A stretch of DNA of 55,396 nt, filler included, from Sphacelaria rigidula (lineage: Eukaryota): assembly GCA_964200075.2 (NCBI GenBank). It is 6 parts of 6 records of this genome, joined end to end, with 100 filler letters (N's around TTAATTAATTAA, not from the genome) between each part and the next. Parts side by side here need not be neighbours in the genome. Positions count along the whole stretch, not along the records: positions 18,501 to 27,649 come from CAXNAA020009175.1; positions 27,750 to 36,898 come from CAXNAA020009176.1; 4 more parts are not named here. One strand, written 5' to 3'. Below are positions 18,573 through 30,700 of the stretch, in pieces. The notes under the pieces were generated by a model. It was given only the letters and a program-made list of their open reading frames with translations, was not told the DNA's origin and did no database searches. A program made the position numbers and the translations under genes. Each line of letters opens with the position of its first letter. Position 1 is the first letter of the stretch.

Positions 18573-18857
18573 ACTCAACCTACTCGAAATTTGAGTAGAG
18601 TATTTGAGGTCGTACTCGACCTGCTCGAAATTTGAGTAGAGCATTGAGGTCATACTCAAGTGATACTCTATACTCAAGTATCACTGAGAGTGCTTACTCA
18701 ATATTTGAGTAGAATATTTGAGATCGTACTCGACCTACTCAAAGTTTGAGTAGAGTATTGGAGACCGTACTTGACCTACTCAAACGTCGAGTGGAGTAAA
18801 TACTTGAGTATTTTACCCGAGTACTCAAAAGTGCAAACTCTACTCGACCCACCCTTG
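18573..18857. mobile_element. Right end of a hAT-like element with subterminal repeats
   Basis: Ends in TCTACTCGACCCACCCTTG, matching the TIR of the 4754-4964 MITE. It is preceded by several ~41-bp repeats (ACTCGACCTACTCGAAATTTGAGTAGAGTATTTGAGGTCGT-like). Confidence 0.7.
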
Positions 18858-19322
18858 CATCCTTCCTTGTACATGGGCACCAAACGCCGGGGGTTCTCAC
18901 TCAAGACTTCGATTTGGAGAATGATACGTAGGCAGCGGCAACTGCTGTGTGCCCAGGTGCCCCTTGGAGCGGGGTGCGTTTGGTGTCTGTTTGACGAAGT
19001 TATCCCCCCAAAACGAAATCAATAGGGATTTTAGAGTGGAAAAATCTAGCAAAAAAACTATCGCAAGAACCGGGTCGCAAAAATCAGGTCGCAAAAACGG
19101 AGTCGCAAAAAACCGGTTAGTCGAATTTTTATCCGCAGCAGAAACCAAATTCACCTTGTGAAATTAGAAAACGCGACTTGGGCAACTTGGACATACGCTA
19201 TGTTGGCTTGAGGCATGGGAACACGTAATTATGCGCTTGCGAGTGATAGCGGTTGCGTTGCAGACAAGAACGCCAACGGGTTATTCTTAAGTCCTGGTCA
19301 TAATACATCCTCATGTACTCAC

Positions 19323-22300
19323 CGGGTGCAGGGACAGCCCCGATCTAGCGTTGCACTGCACGCTCATGCCCTCGGAGACGACGTAGTGGAACCAAAAACT
19401 CGGGATGTACAACATCTCACCAGCGGATATGACGGTATCCACAGCCGGAACTGTAGCAAAGCCCTTCAGGGTGAGGAGGGGGGGTGGGGGGTGTACTCAT
19501 GATTTCGCATCTTATAGTCATATGGCCATTGACCTTGCATCCCGACAAAGCCAGGACGGGCACGCCGGGTTTTCGCCAAACTATGCCCGCAATCAATCAC
19601 CGAGCGCGAAGCGCCATCATGTGTTCGGCGAGTTGCATACAAGGGTGAGCTGCATCCTGCTAAGATTGTTCGGTACGAAGCGTATTGATTACCTCGCATG
19701 TAGATGTCAGTCGCCAATGAGTTGCTTATTTTCTGGTATCTCCACTTCCAGAGACAGCCATGGGTTCCGCACTACCTTATAGGTGTCTCGCCATATACAC
19801 ACTAAGTAGTACTATCATCCCCTTCGCGCGGAATTGACGTTCTCACACCCCGCACAATGTGATCTAGCTCGACCACCATCATGGTTACCGCAAAAAACAC
19901 GCAAGGGCGAAAAAAACCCAGGTAACCTGCTGGTTGCCGAGCTCACGCAATGAGTGGTGCGTTTCACAGCGTCATTGCCAACCGACATCGACCCCATGGG
20001 GGGAGGGGTGGCGTTCTCCGTTCTTGCCTGCCTGAGTCATTTGACCATTGACCAGACACCCCTTTCGAGATGGGGGAGGGCGGAGGGGGGGGGGGAGGTA
20101 TTCGAACTAGAAAAATACGATCATCATGAAGTAACGGAACTAAAAACATCAGAGGGGACGTAAAATGTGACCCTCAATCATCATGAAGTAACGGAACCAG
20201 AAACAACAGAGGGGACGCGAAATGTGGCCCGAAGAGGACGCAATGGAAAGAAACGAAGGAAAATAGTCAAGAAAAAAAGCTATCTCACGACAGGACTCGA
20301 GGAATGACACAGCCCAGTATATTGTAACGAGCGTCCGTGCGGGAAAGTTGAAGCGGGATAAATAGAACGAAAAGGATGAACACGAGACGCAAATGGAAAC
20401 GAAAGATATAGGGCATCAATAGGTATCGACGATGACATTCCAGGTGGCCCAATTCTCAGTAAAGGCGACACAAGCACCGGCCACTTCGTCATATAACTTA
20501 CACTCCTCTTTTGTTGCGGTAATCTCAGATGGTGATTGAGGTCATGGTAACTTATCCTATATTTCTCGAGGGTAAAAGCGAAGCAGGAAGAAACCATACG
20601 AGCAGACACAAAATGGACAAGGATGTAGTACTGCAGGCGACAAGAGTGGAAAGGCGAAAAACGACAGAAGAAAAACAACAAAACATATAAAGAAGAAGCC
20701 AGAGCGTGTAAATGCTGCACTTCCCGTCATATTTACGTCATATGAGTCCCCGTTGTAGGAACTCAACAGTTCACAAAAGCATGTTCAAGAACAGTAGTAA
20801 GAACGACTTGAAAAAGGATATCAGTCTTCATCCTTTGACCGCGAAGGCAGGTCACCTGCTGAGTCGGCGATTAAGCCGTCGAGCTCGGTTCGACTTGACA
20901 TTTTTCCGATTGATATACAATAATAGCCTCTCTTGAGCATATATTTTCGGCGTGCGTCACCCCCGGGAGGCCCCTACCACCCTCCCGAAGGGGAACCTTG
21001 TATTATATACATTATATAGCATATATAATATAAAGGAGCAGAAGCAAATATACACCCCGCAAAGCCCACCAGACTTTTCGGATTTTGTCTATGTTCATTG
21101 ACCAATTTCTTGCAACAAATTTTGACCACACTTCACCCTGTGATTGATCCAATATCTTATCACCTACCGCACCATGCCGTTACGCATTCAATTTACGTCA
21201 GTTACACATGCACATGATCGGGTCGGGGCATACTCGACTACCATATCCCGAGAGGGGGGTGTACTCACAGGGGACGACACGTTGGAGACTTGTATTGATA
21301 TGTGTGTGTGTTCCCTCGCACTTTGAACCCTTCCCCTTCCTCGTGATGATGAGTCTGTGGTCTCAAGGGATCAACCCATCTTTCCCCCGGTACGTGCCTT
21401 ACATTTTGGTCTCGCGGATTGGGTCAGCACTTCCGCACCGCGTCAACTCACGTCACNNNNNNNAAAACCCAACGCATCAAGAATCGAACTCTCGTTCTCT
21501 CCACCCTAATGGCGACAGTCGGACCATTACACCACCGGGTAGCAGCGGCTTGTGTGTACACACATACACAATGTGTAAAGAGATGATGATGAAACCTATA
21601 GTCGTTCGAATCGGGGAGAAAACTGCGTGCAACGAGAAAAACGAAGTAGAATACCCACACACATTGGAGCATGGCTCACGCCGGAGTAAAAGTAAAATAC
21701 CCCCACACACTGGAGGATGGCCCGCACCGGAGTATTGCTTTCACGACAGAGTATGACGTATGCCCCGGAGTATGATATATCCACCTGAACATGACACTCG
21801 TAAACACACACCGAGGACGCACTACAAGGAGAATACAAGTTGGAACATAGTTGAAGACGTACACACGAATAGTGACGCAGATACACACCTCAGGCCACTC
21901 CGATTCGTTACTCCAGTCCACGTCAGAGTGCCGGTAAGAAGGATGTTTCGCGTCTTTGATGATGGCCAGGTGTGGGCAGGCGCTCGGAGCATTCAGGAGG
22001 TACCGTTTGCGGCCATGCAGCATAAGCACGAAATTTTGCCCGTGATCATAATGGCTTTCGGCGATGATGCCCCGTGCTCCGAATCGACATCGGATACCAT
22101 TTTGACTCGACACCTGCACCATTCGTAGAATTAGTGCCGGACAAACAGACACGAGTATTATATCGAGGAGTGTAGTGTTGGAGATGCACAAAACATCAAA
22201 GACGGGGAATGTTGAGATGTGTGAAAAGCGTTGTGAGGGATAATAATCATATATATAGATATACAAGGCCCCCCTTCAGGAGGTTGGTACGGGGCTCCCG

Positions 22301-25300
22301 GGGGTAATGCAAGTCGAAAATATATGGTTGAGAGAGGCTGTCGCACCGCAATGTACATTAGTGATCGTGGCTGTGCAAAACATCGCATGCGTTTTCAGAT
22401 GGTGGCTACGGATAAGGTTGACCAACTTGAGTAACACGGATGTGAAGGTTGTACGATCAATTGTTGGACGGCAATAATTGTGACATGTGTTGCATATGCG
22501 TAGCTGCTGCATATGCGTAGCTGCTCATCAGCTGTGCACGTTGTGCGTGATTCTGCTCAAATCTGTTCAGAATTCATTGAGAAAGGAGGATTTGTGTGAG
22601 ACGCGCACAGCACGCGCTTACAAAACGGTCAGCAACGACACGTTTTCGGTTGTTTTTGACACGCACGCGGCTGCCATTCGTCCAATAGGACATATTTCCG
22701 TCAAACAAAGACTGCCGTGTGTTGATTAGCAAGGGATAGCAGTGAAACTAATGCGCGTGAGTGGTGGGTGTCTGTGTGTCCGTTTTCGGGGCTGGATGTG
22801 TAGGTGTTGTGTTGCCTTGTTGCGTGTTGTCTGCAGCACTACACAGAACTTGGACTCACGACCACTTCCAGCCCCACCGCATTTCTGAACCTGCGTGCGG
22901 ATCATCTGTGGTCCAGTTTGTACAAAACTACTTCACGATAGGAATCAGGACTGATCGTTATGGGGCCAATCCCCTGTCAAAAAGGGACGGTGAAAGAGGG
23001 GATGACCCCCGTCGTTAAGAAGGGCCCTGAGAGTTTGCGTTTCTCTGGACAACAGGTGGGCTTTGGCTGGCTGTTGGAATGCGTGGAACATTCCTGGCAT
23101 GTTCTTTCTCACTTGAGAAGCTCGTGGATACGTTCTTTCAGTGCTTAGCTTTTTCTCTGCACATGAGAATTGCGTTTTTTTCTAAAACCGGCCGAACGTT
23201 TCACCGTGCCTTTCCTGTTACAACTTTACGTAGTATGTGCTTCGGGTGTTACTATCCGCGCTTGTAGGGGACTGCGTCTTTCCAGCCCCACCCGAGAGAA
23301 AAAACACTGATATCGCACGACCGAAGTGGAAGTTTGTGGTGTTGCCAGACGATGTCCCCTGGCTAGCTAGCTACCTAGCCATATATTCCGCTCGCGTACG
23401 GTAGTCGCGAGTGTACGTGCATGAAACTATTCTTGTGTTCGGGGAGAAATCCCCGAGCCCTCCGAACCCATGCTTGTGGACTTATTGTACTGGAAGGTCT
23501 TGTTTCGAACGCAAACGGTATAGTTTGTGGTGTTACCAGATAATGTGGCCCAGCTAGCTAGGGGATGCCTACATATTCTTGCATGGACGATTGAAGCCAA
23601 ATGGACTCCTCCAACAGGTCCTCTCGCTTCTCGCGAGACTTGAGAGGACTTATCGCCAGAAGCAACAATAAATTATGTTTCCCGCAAGAGTTATGGCGAG
23701 AGGTGAGAGGACGGCTCGAACAAGAGGAAATTGTCGCAGAACGGGGCTTGAATGGCTTCCATTGGTTGGGCATCAGTTTTCATCAGCACATACATGCGCA
23801 GGGGCGTGAACGGCGTTCGGACCCGTTCTGCAATTTCGAACATATTGTATTCCAAATTTCATGTCACTCAGACAGAGGCGAAGTAGTAAGTTGCAGCGGT
23901 TACTAACAACAGTCAGTAGGGTGTTAACAACGGCGGGGAGATATCACCCATGAACATTTGCACCGCAGGTCAGCTCTACTGATCGAAAAGGCGTTCGATC
24001 ACTCCGATATTTAAAATTTTGCTCGTAATTTACCGCATGTAACTATACCTTCGTGCGCATCAACCATGCACCTGGGGGTACGGGCTCCTTCCCTCAGGGA
24101 CCGTGGGGGTACGGACCCCTTCGCGCCAGAAGCCTTTGAGGGGATAAAACCCCTCGTCGCAACGACCAAACCTCTTGTCGCAACGACCTCTGGCGACAGA
24201 ACCGCTTCTCGCGAGAAACATTTTGCGACCAGCCCATTTAGCTTACATGGATATTTCCTGGTCGTTACAGGAGTTTATCGCGAGAAGCCGAGATTACTCC
24301 GCGCTCATCGCAAGAGGTCCTCTCACTTATGGTGAGAAGCACGGAGTAATATCGGCTTGTCGCCATAAGTCCTCTCGCTTATGGCGAGAAGGAGCAAGTG
24401 ATTTCCGGTAATTTCGGGGTCTCGCCATGAGTCCTCTCGCTTATAGCGAGAATCCGACCCGTAACTTGGCTTATCGCGAGACGTGAGAGGACTTCTCGCG
24501 ATAAGCCGGAGTAACTTCCTGCTTCTCGCCATAAGCGAGAGGACTTCTCGCGATAACAAAAACCATCAAATGGACGATGCCAGAACATGTTTCATGTTAC
24601 CCAAATGAACGGGAACGCGAAAAAGAGGAATACGGGGAAAAATACCCCGCCAAAAGCAATTATTTTCGAAGTTTTCCATGATCTTCGACGGGATTTCGTG
24701 GTTCAGGTTCCTGTTTCAAGTTTTCCATAATCTTGAAAAAGCTTTTGTGGTTCGGGACTGACACCCCGCGAAAAAGGACCAGTTTGAGCGACTTTCGATG
24801 GCCAGAAAGAACACGCGCCAAAGATATCAGATGACACCCAAACCTGAACGGTAATGTACCGCTTATCCTTCCTAGTGCGCTGCAAAAGAAAGCGCGGGAA
24901 ACAATGCCTTGTCATCAAGGGACACTCGGCAAAAGTGGTGGAAAATGTGAAATGATACATGTCCATATACACATTATTTCACATATCAAAAGTTTTGCGT
25001 TTGCTCCCTGATTTGATGGGAACATGAGTTGTGTGTACAGGCCTCCGGAATGTCGTGTCAAGTTCCTGGAATAAAGAGTAAAGTGGCATTCATTATACAG
25101 CCTCCCCAACAAAAACAAGAGTATTTTTTCATTTTCTCGTCCAATTGAACAACGAGCTTACCGAACACCGGGAGGAGGGGTTCCATCAAGAAAACTCTCC
25201 GGATTTCGACTCGTCAGATGTCGCTCTGTATATATATGAACCCCGTCCACTTTTCCGTTCAATACTTACGGACGCGTTTTTTCACCGTCTCAAGCCTAGG

Positions 25301-27159
25301 TGCATTGTCGTAGCGGCGCAACACACACACACACAGGATGTGCTATTCTGGTGATTGTTCGGCCGATTGTATCGCAAATTCACGAGAACAATCCTCGATC
25401 AGCGCAGACTTGTGGTTCATTCACCCTCGAGAAAACGATGGCTTCTACTTAAGATCTGCATGTACTGTACAGGAAGTGATTGTAATGACATTCATGAAAG
25501 AACTACAGTATCGCTTGAAGGTCACGAACGGCCTAAGTTGGTACCTTCTACTGTAGCGCCTACAGACGATCTGATATCTACATCTACAGGAAAACAACGA
25601 GCGATACCCGTGAGGTTGTGGTCGCAAATCCCCCCAATGTACGCCACGCACACCTATATTGATGGATATAACAATTTGTGGGAACCATCACATAGAAGGA
25701 ACCAATTCTCACAAGTTTTTTGTCAAGGAATCACCTTTTCACATTGGCGACACCATGAGATAGCTCGTATGCTTCACGAACAGAAGGTCCTGCGTTCAAA
25801 TCCCGGATCCCATCAAAATGGTGGGAGCCAAAAAAATGGTGGATCCCCTTTGAAGCAGAGTTCAAAACTCAAGGAAAATCTTCTGCGACGATTGTTGGTG
25901 GGGAGACCCCACACGCGTAGAAGATATGTGACATATAAGGTAAAATCCAACCGCTAGCCGGCGTGAAAGGTTACTCCTACAAAACCTCCAAAAGGTTCAT
26001 GAAATGGAGGTAGCGATGTGGGTAGCACCACATCGAAGGCACAGAATCTCACAAGTGCCTGTCCAGGAATCACCTTTTCACATATTGCTGCGAAGAGTAT
26101 CCTCGATATACATCCGCGATGAAGACCTTTCCGGTCCTTGTTGCGGACAAGGTCAGGCATTTCTAATTCACCGCAGTGTGCGGTAGGTGTGTGGCCAAAA
26201 TGCGATTACAACACTAGACCGTCTTACATTCGAGATGAAGAAATTTTCGTTCTTCGTGCTGAAGAATGGCAGGTCGTTAGCCACGAACGATCCCATACTG
26301 GCAGTAGTCTCGGCGCCAGCCAGCACTCCTGTTTGGCGCGCACCAGAATTAAATGTAAGAAGCAGCGTCAACAACAATGACAATAACCTGACGCTTTTCC
26401 TCCGCATCAAGCACTCAACCACCGTTCAACTTTCCACTTGTGGACCCATCCAACCAACTACCGACCAATCAGCTAAACATGCAAAATCCAAAGAACGAAC
26501 TTACCGCATCTCCTCATCCACCCACCCAAGCAACCGACGACGGTGTAATTCGTGAGCGGACCGCGTGCGTTTTGGACCGCATCGAATTGTAAACACCCCT
26601 ATGGTTAGTGTTAGGATTAGGAGTAGGGTGAGGGTGGGGGGCGCGGCCTCCGCAGGAACTGGCCCGAGTGATATTGAAAAACGTCGGTCCCGGGGTGTTG
26701 TGAACTCTGATGCGATCCAAAAAGCACGCGGTCCACTCACGCATTACAACGGGTTAACTAGCGAAGTATGCAACTCATCGAGCAGACCAACCACCAACCC
26801 ACCCAAGCAACCGACGACGGAGTAACCAACCAAACAATCAACCAGCCAGCTAACCTACCAGCAAGCCTAGCCACCCACCCGACCAACCGACTACCAATAA
26901 ACCAACCATCTACTACGTCACCAATTAACCAAATGACCGACTGTGTTGTTTCCTATCTCACTCTGCATGAAATAGTAGTGTGGATCGCTTGGACCGATCC
27001 TGTTCTCGTCCGCCTGCCTCGCCCACTCTCGCCATTGATCAAAGCCCATATACTGACGTGTGGTTGGGGGCGACCAAGTGCCCCCCTCCGCTGGACCTTT
27101 ATGATTCATCTCCCAAAGCATTTTACCGTTCATTTTCCAAAACATGAAGCGGTTAGTAT
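19323..27159 (-). CDS. JmjC/cupin-like Fe(II)/2-oxoglutarate oxygenase, partial (4 internal exons)
   Basis: Phase-consistent GT-AG exons 27159-26962, 26328-26228, 22113-21889 and 19463-19323. Peptide: TNRFMFWK...WSPPTTRQYMGFDQWREWA...HYYFMQRVLAG...NDLPFFSTKNENFFISNVSSQNGIRCRFGARGIIAESHYDHGQNFVLMLHGRKRYLL...HPSYRHSDVDW...GEMLYIPSFWFHYVVSEGMSVQCN. The HxD...H triad is intact and the 2OG-binding Lys position is present. Confidence 0.9.
24274..24557. repeat. Array of 36-bp palindromic repeats with short related spacers (probable DNA-transposon subterminal repeats)
   Basis: The unit CTT(C/G)TCGCCATAAG-TCCTCTCG-CTTATGGCGAGAAG (best copy 24356-24391) occurs about five times with 14-28-nt spacers. 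The last two units are inverted (e.g. 24522-24557). Related motifs occur at ~23617-23712. Confidence 0.8.
25677..26082 (+). mobile_element. Miniature LTR retroelement (TRIM-like) with ~67-bp LTRs and an internal tRNA-Val-like segment
   Basis: Direct repeats 25677-25743 and 26017-26082, both TGTGGG...GGAATCACCTTTTCACA (TG..CA, ~80% identical by manual count). PBS TGGCGACACCA at 25745-25755. Purine-rich tract GAAATGGAGGTAGCGA at 26001-26016. tRNA-like segment at 25766-25806. Confidence 0.75.
26544..26748. mobile_element. MITE with TGT...ACA ends and 4-bp TSD (Ginger-like), telomere-like core
   Basis: ~55-bp TIRs TGTAATTCGTGAGCGGACCGCGTGC... / ...GCACGCGGTCCACTCACGCATTACA. ACGG is duplicated at 26540-26543 and 26749-26752. 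Internal GGTTAGTGTTAGGATTAGGAGTAGGGTGAGGG. Confidence 0.75.
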
Positions 27160-27649
27160 CTGCAGGCGTGGAGGGGTCAAGAGCGGGGAAGGAAGGCAGA
27201 TACAATTACTATATAATTATACCTAGTGAGGAAACTATCCTCCACGTAAGACTGGCTACCGTGAGGGCTGTGCTTGTGCTCTGGCTGTAGAGTCTGGACA
27301 TGCGGATGTAGTACGGAGCACACGCAGATTTCTTAGGGCGGAGAGGAATCTATGTCCTTGGGTATAGGGGCAGCTACAGCGAGCTACAAGATAATATGGC
27401 GGAAACCTCCTCCCAGTGACTTCGGCCGACCCGCGAAACACGAGGTATCCCTCGTATTAGTGGGTGGAGTCTTCACGTCAGATCATGCTTCTGTTTCGGT
27501 TGCGCTGGAAAGAATGGAAGGTGACTAACGAGTCAGGACTGCAGCAGCAGCGGCAGCAGCGGCAGCAGTAGCAGCAACAACAGCAAACAGCCGATTTTCG
27601 AAAATGGGGTTGAAAACAAAAATGAGGTTCAACTCAAAAGCCGTGCTTT

Positions 27650-27749
27650 NNNNNNNNNNNNNNNNNNNNNNNNNNNNNNNNNNNNNNNNNNNNTTAATTA
27701 ATTAANNNNNNNNNNNNNNNNNNNNNNNNNNNNNNNNNNNNNNNNNNNN
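27650..27749. other. Artificial contig linker
   Basis: N-TTAATTAATTAA-N, 100 nt. Confidence 0.98.
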
Positions 27750-30700
27750 GATCTCCGGCCGAAACCGCGGGACACTAATCAAGCGTTGCTGCTAGGTTGC
27801 GGGGTGGTGACCTCAACGGTAGATTGTCTGGGTGCGACAATTGGGTCGCTGTTTGAAAGCCTTGCTGATCTGGACGACCTTTCCCTCGAGAGTTCAAGCT
27901 TTGGCGGCAGCGAGAGCGATTTTCAGGCGGAAGCGCAGCTAGTCTATCGGGGTCTAGAGGATCAAATGATGGGAAAGCGATCCAACGAAGCAACCGCTAC
28001 TGCCAGCGGTCTATCACCAGGGGACCTTACCTCCACAGGGCCGAAGGATTCAGAATCTGTGATATTTTTGGACGAGCCGCAGGTGGATACACAACAATTG
28101 ACCTTGCGAGGAAATGCCCTGTCAGACATGGCGGCCACGTATTCGGTACTCGACTCTATTCTACAGTTTGTGCGAGAGCTATCCACCAATGCCGCGTCTG
28201 CCCCAGCTATGGTGGAAGCAGGTCTTGTGTCGTTGCTGGTACAGGTTCTGCGAGCAGTACGAGGTATTCGCGACCCAATCCTTTCTGTCGCGGTGGAGGT
28301 ACTGTGGAATTGCCTCGAGCACAGCCAGGAATCTATGAGCTACGGATCGCCCGCGGCAAGCCGCACGGAGCTCGTCCGCAAAGCACGGAAGAGTAATGCA
28401 GCCTTTGCACTGTCCACCTGGGACGGCGTGTCCGCACTGCGAGATACTCTGGAGGCTCTTCTTGTCGGCGGCTTTCGCAAAAAGGAGAAAGAACTACGAA
28501 ATGAAGCAGTGATTGTTGCGAGCTTGCTCTCGAGCAACGGCCGCAGTCATTCCATATTTCGTAGTACGGGGATGCTCCAGTTACTATTGCGCTACGCTAC
28601 CGCCGTCGAGACAGGGCTAGCCGACGGTGACCCACAAGCTGCTGAATCGGAGGATAGAACGTCGGCGCTCGCAGCGGACGATCGTAGCACTAGTCGTGGA
28701 ACGGTCCGAAAAGATGTGCCAGAATTGGGAGAACTGGCAGATCCAAGGAACTTTGCGACAACAACCGAAGTCGATCTAGAGTTGAAGTTACTGCTGTGGT
28801 CGCTGCTTGCGGAGCTGTCGAAGCGGGATCCGCAGAATTTAGAGGTCATCAAAGCGTCGCCACTGGTGGGAATTATGCTGATGTACATGGACTTGGTTGT
28901 TGAGGAAGGACCATGTTCAGATGCAGCGTCCACGGGTCTGAGCCGCTCTGTGTCCCTGGCGTCCATGCCCTCCGCGGGCAGTAGCGCGAGTCAGGCCACT
29001 ACAACAGCTGTCGGAAGTTCCGACGAAACGGGTTTAAAAGCGGAAGTGCGCCATTCTACTGGAGCTTCGGGTACATTGGGCAGCCCGCACTCGGCGTCAG
29101 CACCTGCTCGTCGTGCTTCACCTTTAACCAAAGGTACACCCTCCGGTTCCTATCCCAGCGAAAGCCCAACTACCCCGCACAAGAAATCATCCGATACCTG
29201 GGAGAGAGAAACAATTTCGCCTTTTGCTGAAGGAGATGCGGAGCCTGGTGAGCGACCAGTAATGGGAGCCACCCAGCTATACGTTCCGGCAACGCTTGTC
29301 CGACTTCCGGTGACCTCTATACAACTGCTGCAGGGCCAAGCAATGGCTTCACTCCTAGTGCTGGCGCCCAGATTTCCGACCAAGTTCCAGGCGCTCGGCG
29401 GGCACATCGTGACTCTTCGTTTTCTGGATCGGCTTGGACCCCGCCGTGAAAATCAAGCCTTGGTCAAGGCTGCTACGAAGATGCTTGCCACGGTAGTCGG
29501 TCTCCCCGGGCTCAAGGAAGAACTCGGTCGGATGGACGCTGTGCGAATAATGCTCGAGAGGCTTTCTGAAGAGGGGAAACGCGGATCGCAGAGGTGTACT
29601 GGGGACATTGGTAGTGGGGGGAGTTCTTCCGGTGTCAGCGGCGGTAGCAGCGGAGCGGGTACTACAGAAGGCAGTGGGGGTGGGAATGGCGAGGGCAACG
29701 GCGACTTGCGTACCGACACAGTCATCATTCTGTGCCGTCTGTGCGAAGACTGCCATGACAACCAAGAAGCCTTTCGGAAAGCCGACGGCGTTCCAACTAT
29801 GATGGCGGCCATCAAGAGCTACTGCCGCGCTCGCAGCGACACGAAGCAGCACGAAGCAGGCCAAGTTGGTGCGGGGGATAGCAGCGGAGGTGGGCGAGCG
29901 AGGAATGGAGTAGCGGGATCCGACATACCGGTGGTAGGCCTTGGGGGGGGTGAAGGGGTCAAAGGTCCGGGAGGATCGAGTGGCCTTGACCCGGCGCTTG
30001 TGCACGTCGTTGACTGTATTTGGTGTGCTGTAGTCGGAAATCGGCGCAGCGAGGCCAGGTTTTTGCAATGCGAAGGTTTGGACACTTTGCTGGATCTCTT
30101 GGAGCTTTGTCCGGTTGTCATGCGACATCAGGTGAGCCCGACCAGAGATCCCTTCTTGTAAGAACTTCTCGTCTTGTTGTAAGGAGTGGTAACGATCGAA
30201 AAAGGTTGAATGCGTGTGCTGAAACTATTGAGATGGCTCCGGGTTTTTCGTGGTATCTCAGCGCACCATATTCTGTGATACGCAGACAAGCAGGTTGGGT
30301 TTATTCTGCGTCATCCTTCTGCCTTATTGCTGTACTAGAGGTGGGCAACGCTTCCGTGCACACCCAATCTACCATTGTGGTTAACACCTCCCTTTTAGAA
30401 GATAGGTGCGCTTGCACCGGCTGTGGTGGTCTTGGTTCTAAGATGCTTTTGCACAAAAAAACTGACAGACGGCCGTTGTTGGGGAGACGATGTCTGCCAT
30501 TTTGACACGCGTGCTTGTACCGGTAGGTGTGCGCATGGCGCTCGATCAACTAAGGTTTCGTGGAGAGAAGCACGTGAGTGCCCCGTTCGCTTCCATGCTT
30601 CCCCCTCAGCAAGAATCGCGGATCGAACACCATTTTACGATTATTTATCACCACTCGACAGGTAACCGGTGTCGTCGCCGACCTCCTCCGCAACAAGCGC

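Noticed and set aside
24274-24557. CRISPR array
   Set aside because: Spacers are short and related to each other, repeat orientation flips, there are no cas genes, and the context is a eukaryotic intron.
25355-25957. 200-aa plus-strand ORF
   Set aside because: It runs across the boundary of the mini LTR element, is antisense within a JmjC intron, and has no motif; a chance ORF.
15995-27159. JmjC-EEP/FN3 fusion or gene cluster (same strand, adjacent)
   Set aside because: A contig linker separates them. The JmjC exon ends in phase 0 while the EEP exon starts in phase 2, and the N-terminal EEP motifs would be missing.
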